In this document: piece by piece, positions 53,362 to 64,000 of the stretch
Layout of the letters: the number at the start of each line of letters is the position of its first letter
Position numbering within the stretch: the stretch's first letter is position 1
Assembly (NCBI GenBank): GCA_051546255.1
Contig: CP128822.1
Location: 1-64,000 of the forward strand
Direction: 5' to 3'
Length of the DNA stretch: 64,000 nucleotides
Source of the DNA: Meyerozyma guilliermondii
Taxonomy: Eukaryota
Position numbers and translations under genes: made by a program
The notes under the pieces: generated by a model
Database searches by the model: none
What the model saw: the letters and a program-made list of their open reading frames with translations, nothing else
What the model was told of the DNA's origin: nothing

Positions 53362-54090
53362 ATGAACTCAACACCGCTTAAAAGCTTTGACCATTTAGAC
53401 TCCGGGGACTTGGTTGCCGAAAGCAAACAGATCATTGACTCTGTAACCACATGGAAGAAGAGTAAGCTATACAATTACGATTTAGTTTCTGGCAAAAAAG
53501 TTGCGGTACAAACCTATACGAAGACAATCAATAATGACTATTGGTGTGCTAGAAATTCGTCGTTGGAGGAATTGAAAGACGAGAAGAAACAGGTGTATCA
53601 GAACCTTCTCAAGTATATTGTGGGGTCGAGTGTGGATCAGAACAAGACTCATACCGAGTACGAAACCAAGTATGTCGATGAGATTTACGACTATAAACTC
53701 GAAACTGTATCTTTGAAAAATTCTGATGAAAATGCAATAACTTACAAAGGTCAGATGTATTACAAGTTCCAGTTTCCTTTACAACGGCGTATATTCCACG
53801 AACTTGTGCACATTGTAAAAGCCAAAGATGATTCAGAAGCATATGTCATTACCCTTGCTTTGGATCCTAGTCTCTTCGCCAACAAGGAACCTTCGTTTGT
53901 TCCTGCTCGTTACACTTCTATCGAAAAGATAGCATACGACGAAGACACAAACAAGTTGGTATGGTCCATGGCAACTTGCTCTAGTCCTGGCGGATCGGTT
54001 CCAGACTGGATGACAAAGATGGGCTTACCCCCAGCAGTAGCCAAAGATGTGCCCCATTTTTTGAACTGGGTAGCTTCAGGCAACGTCTGA
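53362..54090 (+). CDS. DUF3074 (START-like fold) protein
   Basis: YW.AR.S, YTSIEKI, WSMATCSSPGGSVPDW..AVAKDVPHFLNW; ATG at 53362. Confidence 0.75.
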   Translation: MNSTPLKSFDHLDSGDLVAESKQIIDSVTTWKKSKLYNYDLVSGKKVAVQTYTKTINNDYWCARNSSLEELKDEKKQVYQNLLKYIVGSSVDQNKTHTEYETKYVDEIYDYKLETVSLKNSDENAITYKGQMYYKFQFPLQRRIFHELVHIVKAKDDSEAYVITLALDPSLFANKEPSFVPARYTSIEKIAYDEDTNKLVWSMATCSSPGGSVPDWMTKMGLPPAVAKDVPHFLNWVASGNV

Positions 54091-56016
54091 TGTGGTCAAC
54101 TTCTCAAGCCACACCTTAATATCGTCGCCGAGATTGTCCAAAAATCCTAATGGTGCATAATCGTATACACCGTTGGTGATCTGTGCCAATAACGACGGAG
54201 GAATATCGGGTATGTTCTGTTGCTTTCTCTTTTTCGCTAGTTTGGAATGATTCTTGATGATTATAATATACTTCTCTTGATACTTCAAATAGTAGAGCAT
54301 CCAATCATTATGCTTGTTGGCACTGAACTTGTGAAAATATTCGGTGGATGCTTGGGTGAAAAAATCACCCTCTCTTCTCGCTAACAAGATGTCTATTAGT
54401 TGATTGTGCAAATGGTGCATGACGATTTTGAATTTGGTGCCAATGGATGTGGGCGATATGCTTGGAAGGTACGGTAATGATGACTTGAAGGATCCATTTT
54501 CCATGTCGTAGGTGACGAAAAAAAAGTTCGAGTCAACATCTACCGACTGAGCTTTTTGACAAGCTGGATTTATACCGTTAATAGATTGTGGAAGCGAACT
54601 GAGGCTATTTCCAAGTGCATTGGTGCCTGTAATAATACTTTCAATGTCTTCCATTGCAAGCTCGAGAACTTCCGAAGACAATTGTTGGTAAAACGAGTCT
54701 TTATCGAGCTCAGAAAACGTTGCATCAAACACTAATGTTATGCTCACACCACTTTTACTGCTTTGATATGTCACCAATCGGAATTGTTGGAAACCATCCA
54801 GCGTGTCCAAGAAAAGTATCACACTCGAATTGGGGCCCGTCAAGTAAACGTTCTGATCAACCTCATCTTCTTCGTTTTCCTCAGATAAAGTGGATTCGAC
54901 TTGAGACAGCCCACCCATCCATCGAGGCAACCAACCCTCTTGGCTAAACGTATTTTTCATTCCACTCACAGTGTAATTGACGGGCAGAACAACCAAATTA
55001 TTGGCTAGATGAATAGGATTCAATAAATCTAGCGCTGCCAGAGTGAGCCCCGCTGCTTCGGTACTGGTTTCCGTTTCTTCTTGTGTGATTTCGGCCGTAG
55101 AAAATACCGTTTTATTCGTGATTTTTGACACTTCGCTCATTCGATCGGAATAGTCGAGATCTTCAAGATAGTTGTACAAACAAAGTAATGAATCTCGAGA
55201 AATAGTGCTGGATTTCACAGTGTCCATGTATAAGGAGCCATACCTTTTAGGAAGTGAGCGGTCAAAGCAAGATACAAGCACCGCAGAAGGCTCGACTTCT
55301 TTTAAGCATACACTCTCACCTAGAAGCCTTACAATTTCCAGAGCTGCTGGTCCGAGTGAGGCAGTTGATCTCTTGAAAACAGGTTTTGAACTGGGCAAAA
55401 GTCCTAGGAGCCCTTTGCGGTTCAACGCTTCACAGCCATTTGCATTGTATGACTCGACATAATTGCTCCAAAACTCCCGAAGCGTCAGCTCCAAAACTTC
55501 GTTATTATATTCCTTTGCCAAGTTCGACATGGTGGAATTGAGGAGTGTGAAATAGCCATAAGCCTGGGTAATATTGCTGGCAATACGTAGTGTTGTAACC
55601 TCCATTTTGTTGGTTTCCTTGTGAGAATCTGGAAATGCAACACAACAAGCAAAATAGTACTCGTTTTCCATCCTTTGAACAATAACTCTCGAATCGAGCG
55701 AGTTGAACGACCACGAATTCTGTGGGTTCGTTTCACTTATGGACTGCGAAAGTGACTCGAGCCCTTGGATTAAACCAACTATGTTTGTCTGTAACTCAAG
55801 CTTCCACTTGGTTGAGCCATTGGGAGATATACAGCACACAATTTGCTTCGATAACTCTTCAAATGATTCGGAATTTGCACTGACAAGCGAAGGATTGTAA
55901 ACCAAAAAAAGCTCTATGCGTGGATCTCGAAACTCTACTTTCGTGCCCAGGCTATCGTCTCCTCCCCCATTACCCCTGTCCAGCAGTGGAAGTAACTGGG
56001 TGAAGTACTCAGCCAT
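54076..56016 (-). CDS. CCZ1: Vacuolar fusion protein Ccz1 (longin domains)
   Basis: FLVYNP..EELSKQI..Q..IVGLIQGL longin N-terminus; synteny with SHE3. Confidence 0.75.
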   Translation of the reverse strand: MAEYFTQLLPLLDRGNGGGDDSLGTKVEFRDPRIELFLVYNPSLVSANSESFEELSKQIVCCISPNGSTKWKLELQTNIVGLIQGLESLSQSISETNPQNSWSFNSLDSRVIVQRMENEYYFACCVAFPDSHKETNKMEVTTLRIASNITQAYGYFTLLNSTMSNLAKEYNNEVLELTLREFWSNYVESYNANGCEALNRKGLLGLLPSSKPVFKRSTASLGPAALEIVRLLGESVCLKEVEPSAVLVSCFDRSLPKRYGSLYMDTVKSSTISRDSLLCLYNYLEDLDYSDRMSEVSKITNKTVFSTAEITQEETETSTEAAGLTLAALDLLNPIHLANNLVVLPVNYTVSGMKNTFSQEGWLPRWMGGLSQVESTLSEENEEDEVDQNVYLTGPNSSVILFLDTLDGFQQFRLVTYQSSKSGVSITLVFDATFSELDKDSFYQQLSSEVLELAMEDIESIITGTNALGNSLSSLPQSINGINPACQKAQSVDVDSNFFFVTYDMENGSFKSSLPYLPSISPTSIGTKFKIVMHHLHNQLIDILLARREGDFFTQASTEYFHKFSANKHNDWMLYYLKYQEKYIIIIKNHSKLAKKRKQQNIPDIPPSLLAQITNGVYDYAPLGFLDNLGDDIKVWLEKLTTSDVA

Positions 56017-56098
56017 TGGTGTTCATGTTGATATCGAAAACGTCTCAACCCTCGCGGACTGCACACAAACAATATGGGGAAGCTACTTCATGAAGGGT

Positions 56099-58420
56099 TC
56101 ATGAAGCACCAGCTCTCCAAAAGTCTGTCCATCCAATGTTCTTGCGAACCGCATTTGAGAAGCCCTCATTATACTTGACCCAGATTCGAGTCAACTCATG
56201 CGTTGCTGATTTTGTTGGACCGGTCTCTCTGGGTCTCAGTGACTGGAAGAACTCATCGATTTTTTCCAGTTTCGATCTCTTTTTCTCCGACTCTTTTTGA
56301 CCATATAGATGTCTCTTCGTTGTGTTTTTCACAATCTTGTCTTTTTCGAGCTGTAACGCAATAAGCGGAAACAGAACTTTCCGTCTCATTTGCTTGGCTG
56401 CAAATTTTCCCTGACTATGGTTCTGAAAGTGCACTATTGAATCCCAATCTGGGTTCATTTTAAGTAGTACCTGATTGGAGTCCATGGCCTTATGCGACTC
56501 GAGACGAAGATCCAAGTCCTTGACTATTGCTGAAACTTTTTCAAGACAATTGCGTTCTGGAGCTGAAAGAGTCAGCATTGATTTAGATCCAGTGCATATT
56601 GGGTCTGCCATTATCATTTTGTCCAAGTAAGGAAGCAACGATCCCGCAAGGGTTTCTTTTCCACCTTTCGATACCCCAAGTGCATTCACAAGAGACGGCG
56701 GAAGATTTCCAACAACATGTTCAAGTATTTGTTCGTTAGATTTGAGTGCTTCGTAAGACTCGAAATCGATAGACCGACCGTTGGGAATAAGTTCGTTTGT
56801 AGGGTTAAGATTAGGATCAGGACAACTGAATAAAGACCATATTTTCAAGCAAATAAGTGAGGGCATATAATCTGCCTCGAGTCGATGCGAACCTCTTCGA
56901 TCATAAAGACTCACCCAGTCGCTCAATTCAGCAGGTCCAAATAAGGTATCGCTTTGAAAGTGGATTACGTCCAAGTAACGACTGAAGCATCCTGTCAACA
57001 CTTTGTCAAATGTGCCGCTGGAGCTCAGAGAGGAGACTCCTCCACCATTTAACAATAAATCGAAAAGTTGTTGAAAGTTTTCCTCTTTGGAAAAGTTGGA
57101 GTTACGCTTAAAGAGCAAGTTCACAAGAGCAAACCACGATATGTCCGAGTCCTTATTAGGACCACCTCCTGGTTTTGTTTCCATGATGGGTACGTTAAGC
57201 TTCTGGGAGTTGAATTGAATATAGTTCAAGCATGCTCTCATATCTCCTTCACAGATTTCTACTATCTCTCCTATAGCCCTGTAGTCCAAATTGAGATCCT
57301 CCTTCTTGGCGATGTGTATCAAATGCTCTTTGAAGTTTTTGAGAGCATTCCCATTGGACTTTTTAGACCCGGACGAGATATTTGGTTTTTTAAATGCCAC
57401 TGATTCAGAAATCGACCTGAGAACGTCCATGTTATTTCCTTGCCGAGTCAGATAATTGCTGTTAGCTATGCAAATGATGGGCCTCTGCATTAGAAACGGC
57501 TTTTTCGATGACTTGTTGGAACGACCATCCAGACGAACTATGTCTGATAGTACCCTGATAATTTCGTTCGAATTGGGACTGGTGTCTATTTCGTCAATTA
57601 TAATGCACGTAGGCTTACCCTTTCCAACCACCGAATTGCTGGTGAGAGCGTTCGTTATTTTGAGCTTGAGGGAAGCGTAGGCCCCTCTCGAGCCTTTCTT
57701 GTCGCTTTCAGCAATCAGCTGGTTTATATCCATACTGTTGGCAGCGTTAATTTCCTGAACGTTGTATTTCATCTGGCGAGCAAATACATGAGCAGCAGCC
57801 GTTTTTCCAATTCCAGGCGGGCCATGTATCAACATTATTTTTTTGTGTGGTCTTCCGTACGGATCTTCGAAATCCCTATTGTAAGTGGTTTTGGATTCTG
57901 GAGCAGGAATTGGCTCACCAAATACCATGGGGGACCATTTCTTGAGCCATTGCAAAACCATACGATACTGCTTATCGTTGCCCAATGAGCACAAATCCAC
58001 AAACGATGCTGGTTTATACTTCTCTGTCAAGAGAGGAACATTCTTGCTTTGGGAAGGTTGTTTTGAAGCCTTTATCGAAGATTTTAAAGAATTTCGAAGT
58101 TCCACCGTTTTGAAGAGTTTATCCATATCGATGAAATTCTCCATTTCAGAGACGCCCAAACTATCAGTCGACTCGCTGGCCTTGGGAGCTCGTTTTCGGA
58201 GCTTTACGACTTTTCCGCTAGCCGAGAAATATTGCTTTTCACCGTTATTAGAAGTGCGAGAGGTGTCATTCGAGCCCGAATCATCACCAGGGAGCTCAAA
58301 AGTTGTCCTAAACTGCTCTAACTGAGTCCTATTACTGCCAGAGCCCACCAGATCGTTTTTCTCGGACGAAACATCGCCAAGAATGGCAGATGTGCCAAAG
58401 TCTAAACTGGTAAAGTCCAT
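56099..58420 (-). CDS. CTF18: Chromosome transmission fidelity protein Ctf18
   Basis: GPPGIGKT Walker A, IIIDEID, RPIICIAN, C-terminal WVKYNEGFSNAVRK. The start could instead be the ATG at 58489. Confidence 0.92.
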   Translation of the reverse strand: MDFTSLDFGTSAILGDVSSEKNDLVGSGSNRTQLEQFRTTFELPGDDSGSNDTSRTSNNGEKQYFSASGKVVKLRKRAPKASESTDSLGVSEMENFIDMDKLFKTVELRNSLKSSIKASKQPSQSKNVPLLTEKYKPASFVDLCSLGNDKQYRMVLQWLKKWSPMVFGEPIPAPESKTTYNRDFEDPYGRPHKKIMLIHGPPGIGKTAAAHVFARQMKYNVQEINAANSMDINQLIAESDKKGSRGAYASLKLKITNALTSNSVVGKGKPTCIIIDEIDTSPNSNEIIRVLSDIVRLDGRSNKSSKKPFLMQRPIICIANSNYLTRQGNNMDVLRSISESVAFKKPNISSGSKKSNGNALKNFKEHLIHIAKKEDLNLDYRAIGEIVEICEGDMRACLNYIQFNSQKLNVPIMETKPGGGPNKDSDISWFALVNLLFKRNSNFSKEENFQQLFDLLLNGGGVSSLSSSGTFDKVLTGCFSRYLDVIHFQSDTLFGPAELSDWVSLYDRRGSHRLEADYMPSLICLKIWSLFSCPDPNLNPTNELIPNGRSIDFESYEALKSNEQILEHVVGNLPPSLVNALGVSKGGKETLAGSLLPYLDKMIMADPICTGSKSMLTLSAPERNCLEKVSAIVKDLDLRLESHKAMDSNQVLLKMNPDWDSIVHFQNHSQGKFAAKQMRRKVLFPLIALQLEKDKIVKNTTKRHLYGQKESEKKRSKLEKIDEFFQSLRPRETGPTKSATHELTRIWVKYNEGFSNAVRKNIGWTDFWRAGAS

Positions 58421-58531
58421 ACTATTACTAGACGTGTAGTACTGTACATATGGCCAAAGACGATCTACGTGCTGCATATAGGCTGGCATAGTTACATTAT
58501 ATGGTATCTGAAATTATACTCCAATATCTAT

Positions 58532-59443
58532 CTAATCCATACTGAATGCTCTTGGAGCTTCGCCCTCAGGTCCAATATACTTGGGGTCTCTCCAGGGACC
58601 GTAATCATTCAAGTAAAGTTCCTGGTCAGAAACTTGCGACTTACCACCAAATTTGACGGGCAAGTTCTCAGCAGGAATTTGCTTCAAAAGTTCCTTCTGG
58701 TAGCTGGCTCCTAATATGTGGATCTTGGACACAGTAACGGGGTCTAAAAATGGCTTGAAAAGCTTGAAAGCAGTCGAAAATCCAAATGGAGCGTTGATCA
58801 AGTAAAATTTACCCATTCTTTCAGGATAGTAGTTTTGTCCAATGTAAGAAGCTTCTCTAACGTAGGACAATACTTGCGACGCCGTGGAAATCGATATACC
58901 CTTCAAATCCATGATGGTGCACGATGTCTCCACCAAGTATCCGGCCTCTCTCGAACAAGCCGGCAACCGTTTGTTGGCGAAAGATTCGTACTCCCAAACC
59001 AAATTACGCAACATTCTTTCCTGAGTGGTAATTTTCAACATCTCCGTCAAGTTCACTCTACCCAATTCTTCAAAGTAAACCGGGCGTCCTTCCTTATCAG
59101 TCTTGTGATAATATTGCGGGTACATGCTAGCAACCAAGGGTTTTTCATGGTATTGGAAGTCCTCCAAAATGGTATCAGTTCCATACTTTTTACGCCATTC
59201 TTCACACTCCACAAACATCTGCTTCGCCTTCGCAAGATCGAACTTTCTGGCCCGCAAAAAACGCAACAACGAGGCATTATCGAGTCTTTTGGTATACCCG
59301 AGTGCCTTCAACTGGTCTCTAAGTTTATCTTTTATCTCCTCCTGTTCAGGAGTGATATTAGAGGTGTACCCGGTTTGCTCAGTAGGCGCACTTATCTGAG
59401 GATAGGAAGCCAAAATTTCCTCTTCCGTTGGTTTGTCTGTCAT
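58532..59443 (-). CDS. SEC14: Phosphatidylinositol/phosphatidylcholine transfer protein Sec14
   Basis: [40 protein letters not shown] at 59443. Confidence 0.96.
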   Translation of the reverse strand: MTDKPTEEEILASYPQISAPTEQTGYTSNITPEQEEIKDKLRDQLKALGYTKRLDNASLLRFLRARKFDLAKAKQMFVECEEWRKKYGTDTILEDFQYHEKPLVASMYPQYYHKTDKEGRPVYFEELGRVNLTEMLKITTQERMLRNLVWEYESFANKRLPACSREAGYLVETSCTIMDLKGISISTASQVLSYVREASYIGQNYYPERMGKFYLINAPFGFSTAFKLFKPFLDPVTVSKIHILGASYQKELLKQIPAENLPVKFGGKSQVSDQELYLNDYGPWRDPKYIGPEGEAPRAFSMD

Positions 59444-59563
59444 TGTAAGTGCAACGGCAACGATTTGTTGTTGCGATGGAAACACCCACCACGTGTATGC
59501 AGGCCCGAGGAACACCGACTAGCGAAATGCAGGACCGACGACGCCGGCTATAAAGTATATTAA

Positions 59564-62500
59564 CTATGTTTTCTTCAAAATCCGCTTGAAGATGTTCTTT
59601 TTCTCCGGCTTGTAGGCGCTGGACAAAGACGTATTGCTGGAAGATGTTGCGATATTTGCGACGTCATTTTCAGGAAATCGCAATTTGAGATAGCTGAGGG
59701 CTTTGTAGATGAAACTCTTGTAGCTGGACGGCACGAAAACTCCACCTTGTATAAATACAATTGCGTTGCGGTTGATGTCCAAGTAGGTGTGTGACATGAT
59801 CTCGTTAGTTAGAGCCTCCCACATTTGGCTGTCACCTTGATAATTAGACGGTACCTCTTGGGTTTCCAAGAATTGCTCCAAGTCGTTGATAGTATTGCAA
59901 AGAGTGTAGCTTCGCTTTTGCAAGTCTTTCAATGTGATACTGCTGGCAATGAACGAGAAGATATCCTCGTTGCTGCGGCACAACGATTTGATAAAACCTT
60001 CCGTTTCGTCGTCGCCAGCAAGATCAAGAAACTCGGATTTTTCAAATTCCAACGATCCAATTTGGTAAACATTCCGCTGACCGTTTAGTTGTATTTCACC
60101 AGAACCACCTCCAAGATCATAAGAATCTTTACTTTGTCGGTACGGACTGGGTCCTCGAGGCAGCTGCGAAACCGAAGGTGTGCCCGAGGTTGCAATTGAG
60201 CCCGTAACACTATCATGTCCATTGGCAGTGTACTTACCCAAGTCGAGCAACTGTACCAATTCTGTTAGCCGATGATACTTGTCGATCAAGTAAGGGTTGG
60301 TAGGAAGCTCCAGCGACGTGGAGGTATCTGAGAGACCGAGGTCGAACCTCTTCATATCATGAGAGAGCTCCAATATCTTCTCGTTGAAGTCATTCTTCCG
60401 GCCCGTTATTTTGTCGTAATAGTCAAAAAGATTTTCTTCTTGTCGTTTCAAAAATTCATTCATACGAACCAAATGTGGCTCTTTGTGAGGTGAAAATTCT
60501 TGTCGATTGGCCAAATTTAACAACACCTTTGCAAGAAGAGTGAGAGTTCTTTGCGAGTCTCCAGTCTGGTGATCCTTAGTAAGATAGAACAACTTTGGAT
60601 TGAGAATTGCAGGACAAAAAAACCTCAAGAATATAAACGCACTCAAACAGTTCAAAGCAGTGACTTTATCCTCAGGGTCACATGCCAACTCTACCTTGGT
60701 CCTAAAGTTCTTGAGTTGCTTCTTAATCTGTTCTGGTAAGTCTTTACTTGTTTTGCAGATCTTGTCCCATATCTCTTCGCAATATCCTAGCAAGTTTTGA
60801 AAGTTGGAATCCACCTGCTTGCGAACCGCATCATCAGTCTCCTTTTCTTCATCGCTATCGTAGTCGTCAGAGTCGTCATAATCCGAACCAGCATCGCCCT
60901 TTCTTGCAGCCACAATAGCAGCTCTAACATACCGTGGATCCACTTCACAGTTCTTTTTGTCTGTGGAAATTTTAGAGAAAAAATCACCAAAAACTTTTTC
61001 CAAATACTCTTGCCCTATTCGCAAATTGTAGTTCTCTAGCGATTTGGAGAAAATTGATGAGCCACGGAAAAGGGTGTTGAATACGTTGTTTGACGAGCTT
61101 TTTGAGCCGGATTTTTTAGCGTAATTCTTACGGGTAGCCATATCAACATTGACAAGTTCCATTTCCATCAATGCTTTGAACCAGTCGTCTTCGACGCCTA
61201 GCGTTTGGAAGACATCCAAGAGAAGCATACTTACGCTCTCTATCTCGGATGTGGGTATGGTATCATTGCAGTACTTGATGAGATCTTTCATTGGAGCGTG
61301 GGCCAACATATTCTCAAAAGATTTGAAGTGAGTTGGGCTCAATATATGGAACTCTTTAAGATTGGCGGTAAGAACAAGTTTTCCAATCACAATGTTGGAC
61401 AGGTCGTAAATGGAGAGCCGAACGATGTCGTTGGTAATGCTGTTGAGCGGTGCCTCTGAGGTATCATGGCCACGTATTTTGGTTCCATTTGCATCTTGAA
61501 TTAATGTAGAATTTGGCCGGCCCTGCTTATTTAATATATCTGGCGTTAAGTAAACCGTTCCCACCAATTCATCGTTGGGACTATACCTTTTGGCCAGAGT
61601 ACCTTTCTTGATCAATATGTGTACTATCTGAGTCAGTATTGGCAAGTCAGTGGAAAATTCTTCCTTCCAGAATGGATTATTAGCATGTTTCACTGGAGCT
61701 GTTCTCGACCACGGGTATCCCCACATGTAAACTTCTGCGTAAATACCTCCCTCGCCTGGTAGATCTTTGTCAAACTTTGCTTCAATGAGGTCGATTTTGA
61801 GTTTCTTGGTAACTCGAAAGCTTTCTCTTTTATACTCCAGTAGACTCGTTTTGGTCTTTAGCGTCTCGCTTCCAGTCATAGTACTAGCAAATGACTCATC
61901 GATGGTGGTATCTTGGATACCGCTCACATCTTCTTCACTTTGAATGTCGGGCGAGTTGGGTTTCTGATTGGATTTGATTTTGGGGCTAAACGAGCCGATA
62001 TATTCACGGCGAGCAAAGTAGTTTAATCCAACAAACCAATCTTCTAGATCAATATGGAGTGGAAACTGGATCATCAAGCGGCCGTTATTCGGAGTGGGCT
62101 TACCGTCTTTTGTTAAGAATGGAGGAAGTAGTTGGTCTGAGGGAGAAACGGTTTTGATGGTGTTGTTCAACCGAAGCATTCTGAGCTGGCCAAGAAAAAG
62201 AGTATTGGAATTGTCGAAGATTGAGTGATGAACTTGGCGGATTTCGGACGAGAAAATGGTGGTCATGTCCACGGAGTAGAGGAGGGTGCCGTCAAGTTCG
62301 GTGATAAAGTTGAGAATGCCGTCTGATTTGAGCACACCCATGGCGTAGAACCATCCCTCGCTAACATTGTCCGTGCCTCCATGTTGGTTTTGCAATTGAG
62401 CGAGCAGCGAGTCCAGGTGCTCAAACAGACTATTAGGGTTGAACATTGGAGCTTTTGGACCATTGACAATGGTGATATTCTTATTTCTGGATGGAATGGG

Positions 62501-63037
62501 GCCGTATACTTTACAGCGACACACCAAAACGGATATAGATTGCAGGTGAGATCTACTCTCTTCCACCACCTGTTGCGAACCACTTTCCCAGTACCATTTC
62601 TTCACAAGACCCTGGGGTTTCATAAATTGCCAGACCATCAAGGCGGCAATCAAGTTGGTGAAGTATGTCTTGGAAGTGACTTTGATATAAAGTTTTTCGT
62701 TGTCAAATGTTTTGATGAAAATCACCGGTGGGTCATCAGCGCTGGTTCCACTGGCTGGAGAAGCAGCTCCCTTCTTGAGACGATGAAGAGTGGGAAGCTG
62801 GCTCGTCGTGGAAGCCGACGACATGTTGGGGAACACCTGAACGTGGCACGATTGCAAAGACTGAAGAAGGAGGTAGTGGTTTTCATTTTCCTCCGACGAG
62901 AATAACTGGCCCTCGGGAGTAATAAAAAGGGAATACACGTGAATCCACGTCACTGAGTCTGTGGATATGGAAAAATTTCGACCGTGGAAAATCCCCTTGT
63001 CTCGTTTTATAATTTTATGGAACACTGTGCTTTTCAT
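59564..63037 (-). CDS. BUD2: RasGAP with C2 domain, Bud2/Cla2
   Basis: NPFWKEEF in the C2 domain, NTLFRGSS, FIFLRFFCPAILNPKLF RasGAP signature. Confidence 0.88.
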   Translation of the reverse strand: MKSTVFHKIIKRDKGIFHGRNFSISTDSVTWIHVYSLFITPEGQLFSSEENENHYLLLQSLQSCHVQVFPNMSSASTTSQLPTLHRLKKGAASPASGTSADDPPVIFIKTFDNEKLYIKVTSKTYFTNLIAALMVWQFMKPQGLVKKWYWESGSQQVVEESRSHLQSISVLVCRCKVYGPIPSRNKNITIVNGPKAPMFNPNSLFEHLDSLLAQLQNQHGGTDNVSEGWFYAMGVLKSDGILNFITELDGTLLYSVDMTTIFSSEIRQVHHSIFDNSNTLFLGQLRMLRLNNTIKTVSPSDQLLPPFLTKDGKPTPNNGRLMIQFPLHIDLEDWFVGLNYFARREYIGSFSPKIKSNQKPNSPDIQSEEDVSGIQDTTIDESFASTMTGSETLKTKTSLLEYKRESFRVTKKLKIDLIEAKFDKDLPGEGGIYAEVYMWGYPWSRTAPVKHANNPFWKEEFSTDLPILTQIVHILIKKGTLAKRYSPNDELVGTVYLTPDILNKQGRPNSTLIQDANGTKIRGHDTSEAPLNSITNDIVRLSIYDLSNIVIGKLVLTANLKEFHILSPTHFKSFENMLAHAPMKDLIKYCNDTIPTSEIESVSMLLLDVFQTLGVEDDWFKALMEMELVNVDMATRKNYAKKSGSKSSSNNVFNTLFRGSSIFSKSLENYNLRIGQEYLEKVFGDFFSKISTDKKNCEVDPRYVRAAIVAARKGDAGSDYDDSDDYDSDEEKETDDAVRKQVDSNFQNLLGYCEEIWDKICKTSKDLPEQIKKQLKNFRTKVELACDPEDKVTALNCLSAFIFLRFFCPAILNPKLFYLTKDHQTGDSQRTLTLLAKVLLNLANRQEFSPHKEPHLVRMNEFLKRQEENLFDYYDKITGRKNDFNEKILELSHDMKRFDLGLSDTSTSLELPTNPYLIDKYHRLTELVQLLDLGKYTANGHDSVTGSIATSGTPSVSQLPRGPSPYRQSKDSYDLGGGSGEIQLNGQRNVYQIGSLEFEKSEFLDLAGDDETEGFIKSLCRSNEDIFSFIASSITLKDLQKRSYTLCNTINDLEQFLETQEVPSNYQGDSQMWEALTNEIMSHTYLDINRNAIVFIQGGVFVPSSYKSFIYKALSYLKLRFPENDVANIATSSSNTSLSSAYKPEKKNIFKRILKKT

Positions 63038-63652
63038 GGTTTAAATTGGGTGGTCGTTATTCAATACAGTTGACGAACTAAAGACGCCTTGAAAGAGAGA
63101 TGGCGTTGAGAATCGGTTGGGAAACGCGTACACAAAGCGGAAACAGACTGGAATTTTTAGTGGAGAGTGGTTGATTTAGAGTTTAATCTTGTTCGTGTTT
63201 CCAATGGTGGTGGGGTTATTGTGCAGGAAGTGCCCGCGAGACGAGTAGCGATTGCCGAGCACATACAGGAAACCCCGAGCACGCGGCTGCGCGGCGAGAG
63301 GAGAGTGAGAGGAGTTGAGTGAGGAAATGGAGTATGGATTGGGTTTAGAGAGTATTCTGAAAAAAGGAGGTATGAGAATGGAGGTATAATGAAAAAATGG
63401 AGAAGAAAGTATTGAAAGAGAGCCACAGAATGAGTATGCTTCAAAAGAAGTAGCTATTAAATAGTTAAATTGTATTGAGTAATTTTTTTGGCGAGGTGCT
63501 TAGGCAGATTTTAGTATCGGGTATCTCTACAGTCTACAGTGTCCGCTCACTTTTTAGCGGTTTGGTGCGACTTTCCACTCACTCGCGCTGCCACCTGTTG
63601 TGTGCACGACCTCGACTTCTTCATTTGAATTTTCAGTCGCAGCTTAAAAGAC

Positions 63653-64000
63653 ATGGACTTTGAAGATGACGACGATAAGCTCCTCCGCGAGTCCACAGAA
63701 CAGCATAATTCGCTCCAAGAACCGTCTCACGACGAACACCCACTAACTGAACGTATTCCTCATGCTTGTGCCTATTGCGGAATTCACGCCACAAATTGTG
63801 TGGTCAAGTGTAACACTTGCAATAAATGGTTTTGCAATTCCAAGTCAGGAGACAAAGGTTCACATATTGTGTCGCACTTGATTCTCTCTCGCCATCGTAT
63901 AGTCTCGTTGCACGAAGAATCAGACCTTGGGGACACCGTTCTCGAATGTTACAATTGTGGTAACAAAAACGTCTTCATCTTAGGATACGTTAGCGCAAAG
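63653..64000 (+). CDS. NAM7: Upf1 RNA helicase, 5' part (runs off the window; absent from the ORF track)
   Basis: Translated by hand: MDFEDDD...HACAYCGIH..CVVKCNTCNKWFCN..GSHIVSHL..LECYNCGNKNVFILG, the Upf1 CH zinc domain. Confidence 0.95.
   Translation, partial: MDFEDDDDKLLRESTEQHNSLQEPSHDEHPLTERIPHACAYCGIHATNCVVKCNTCNKWFCNSKSGDKGSHIVSHLILSRHRIVSLHEESDLGDTVLECYNCGNKNVFILGYVSAK

Overview
Left end of a chromosome from a CTG-clade budding yeast, most likely the Meyerozyma (Candida) guilliermondii complex. The telomere is a perfect 8-bp repeat (CAGTACAC; G-strand ACTGGTGT), and CTG codons fall at conserved Ser positions. The first ~29 kb is an accessory subtelomeric region. It holds a GRE2-like reductase, an AIF1-like oxidoreductase, a 5'-truncated beta-mannosidase and an ammonium permease. 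Next comes a compact candidate catabolic cluster: a Zn2Cys6 regulator, a divergent 5-oxoprolinase-family lactamase, a saccharopine/fructosyl-amine oxidase-family flavoprotein and a DAL5-family permease. It is followed by an apparently identical 3 x 2,905-bp tandem amplification of flavohemoglobin YHB1 with blunt junctions, a second GRE2-like gene and a nonsense-interrupted, catalytically degenerate sphingomyelinase-like gene. From ~30 kb the window is mostly conserved core genome: an unknown gene with an Mcm1-box-rich promoter and a 3' repeat array, then UBC13, DNF1/2, PET9, SPE2, VPS1, YPK3, POA1, ASA1, SHE3, a DUF3074 gene, CCZ1, CTF18, SEC14, BUD2 and the 5' end of NAM7/UPF1. Best candidates for new biology: (1) the lactamase + oxidase + permease + regulator cluster, which parallels Agrobacterium agropinic-acid catabolism; (2) the YHB1 amplification; (3) a lone uORF in an AUG-depleted SPE2 leader; (4) a nested 30-bp inverted repeat after UBC13. 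All gene calls come from motif recognition by eye; no database search was run.
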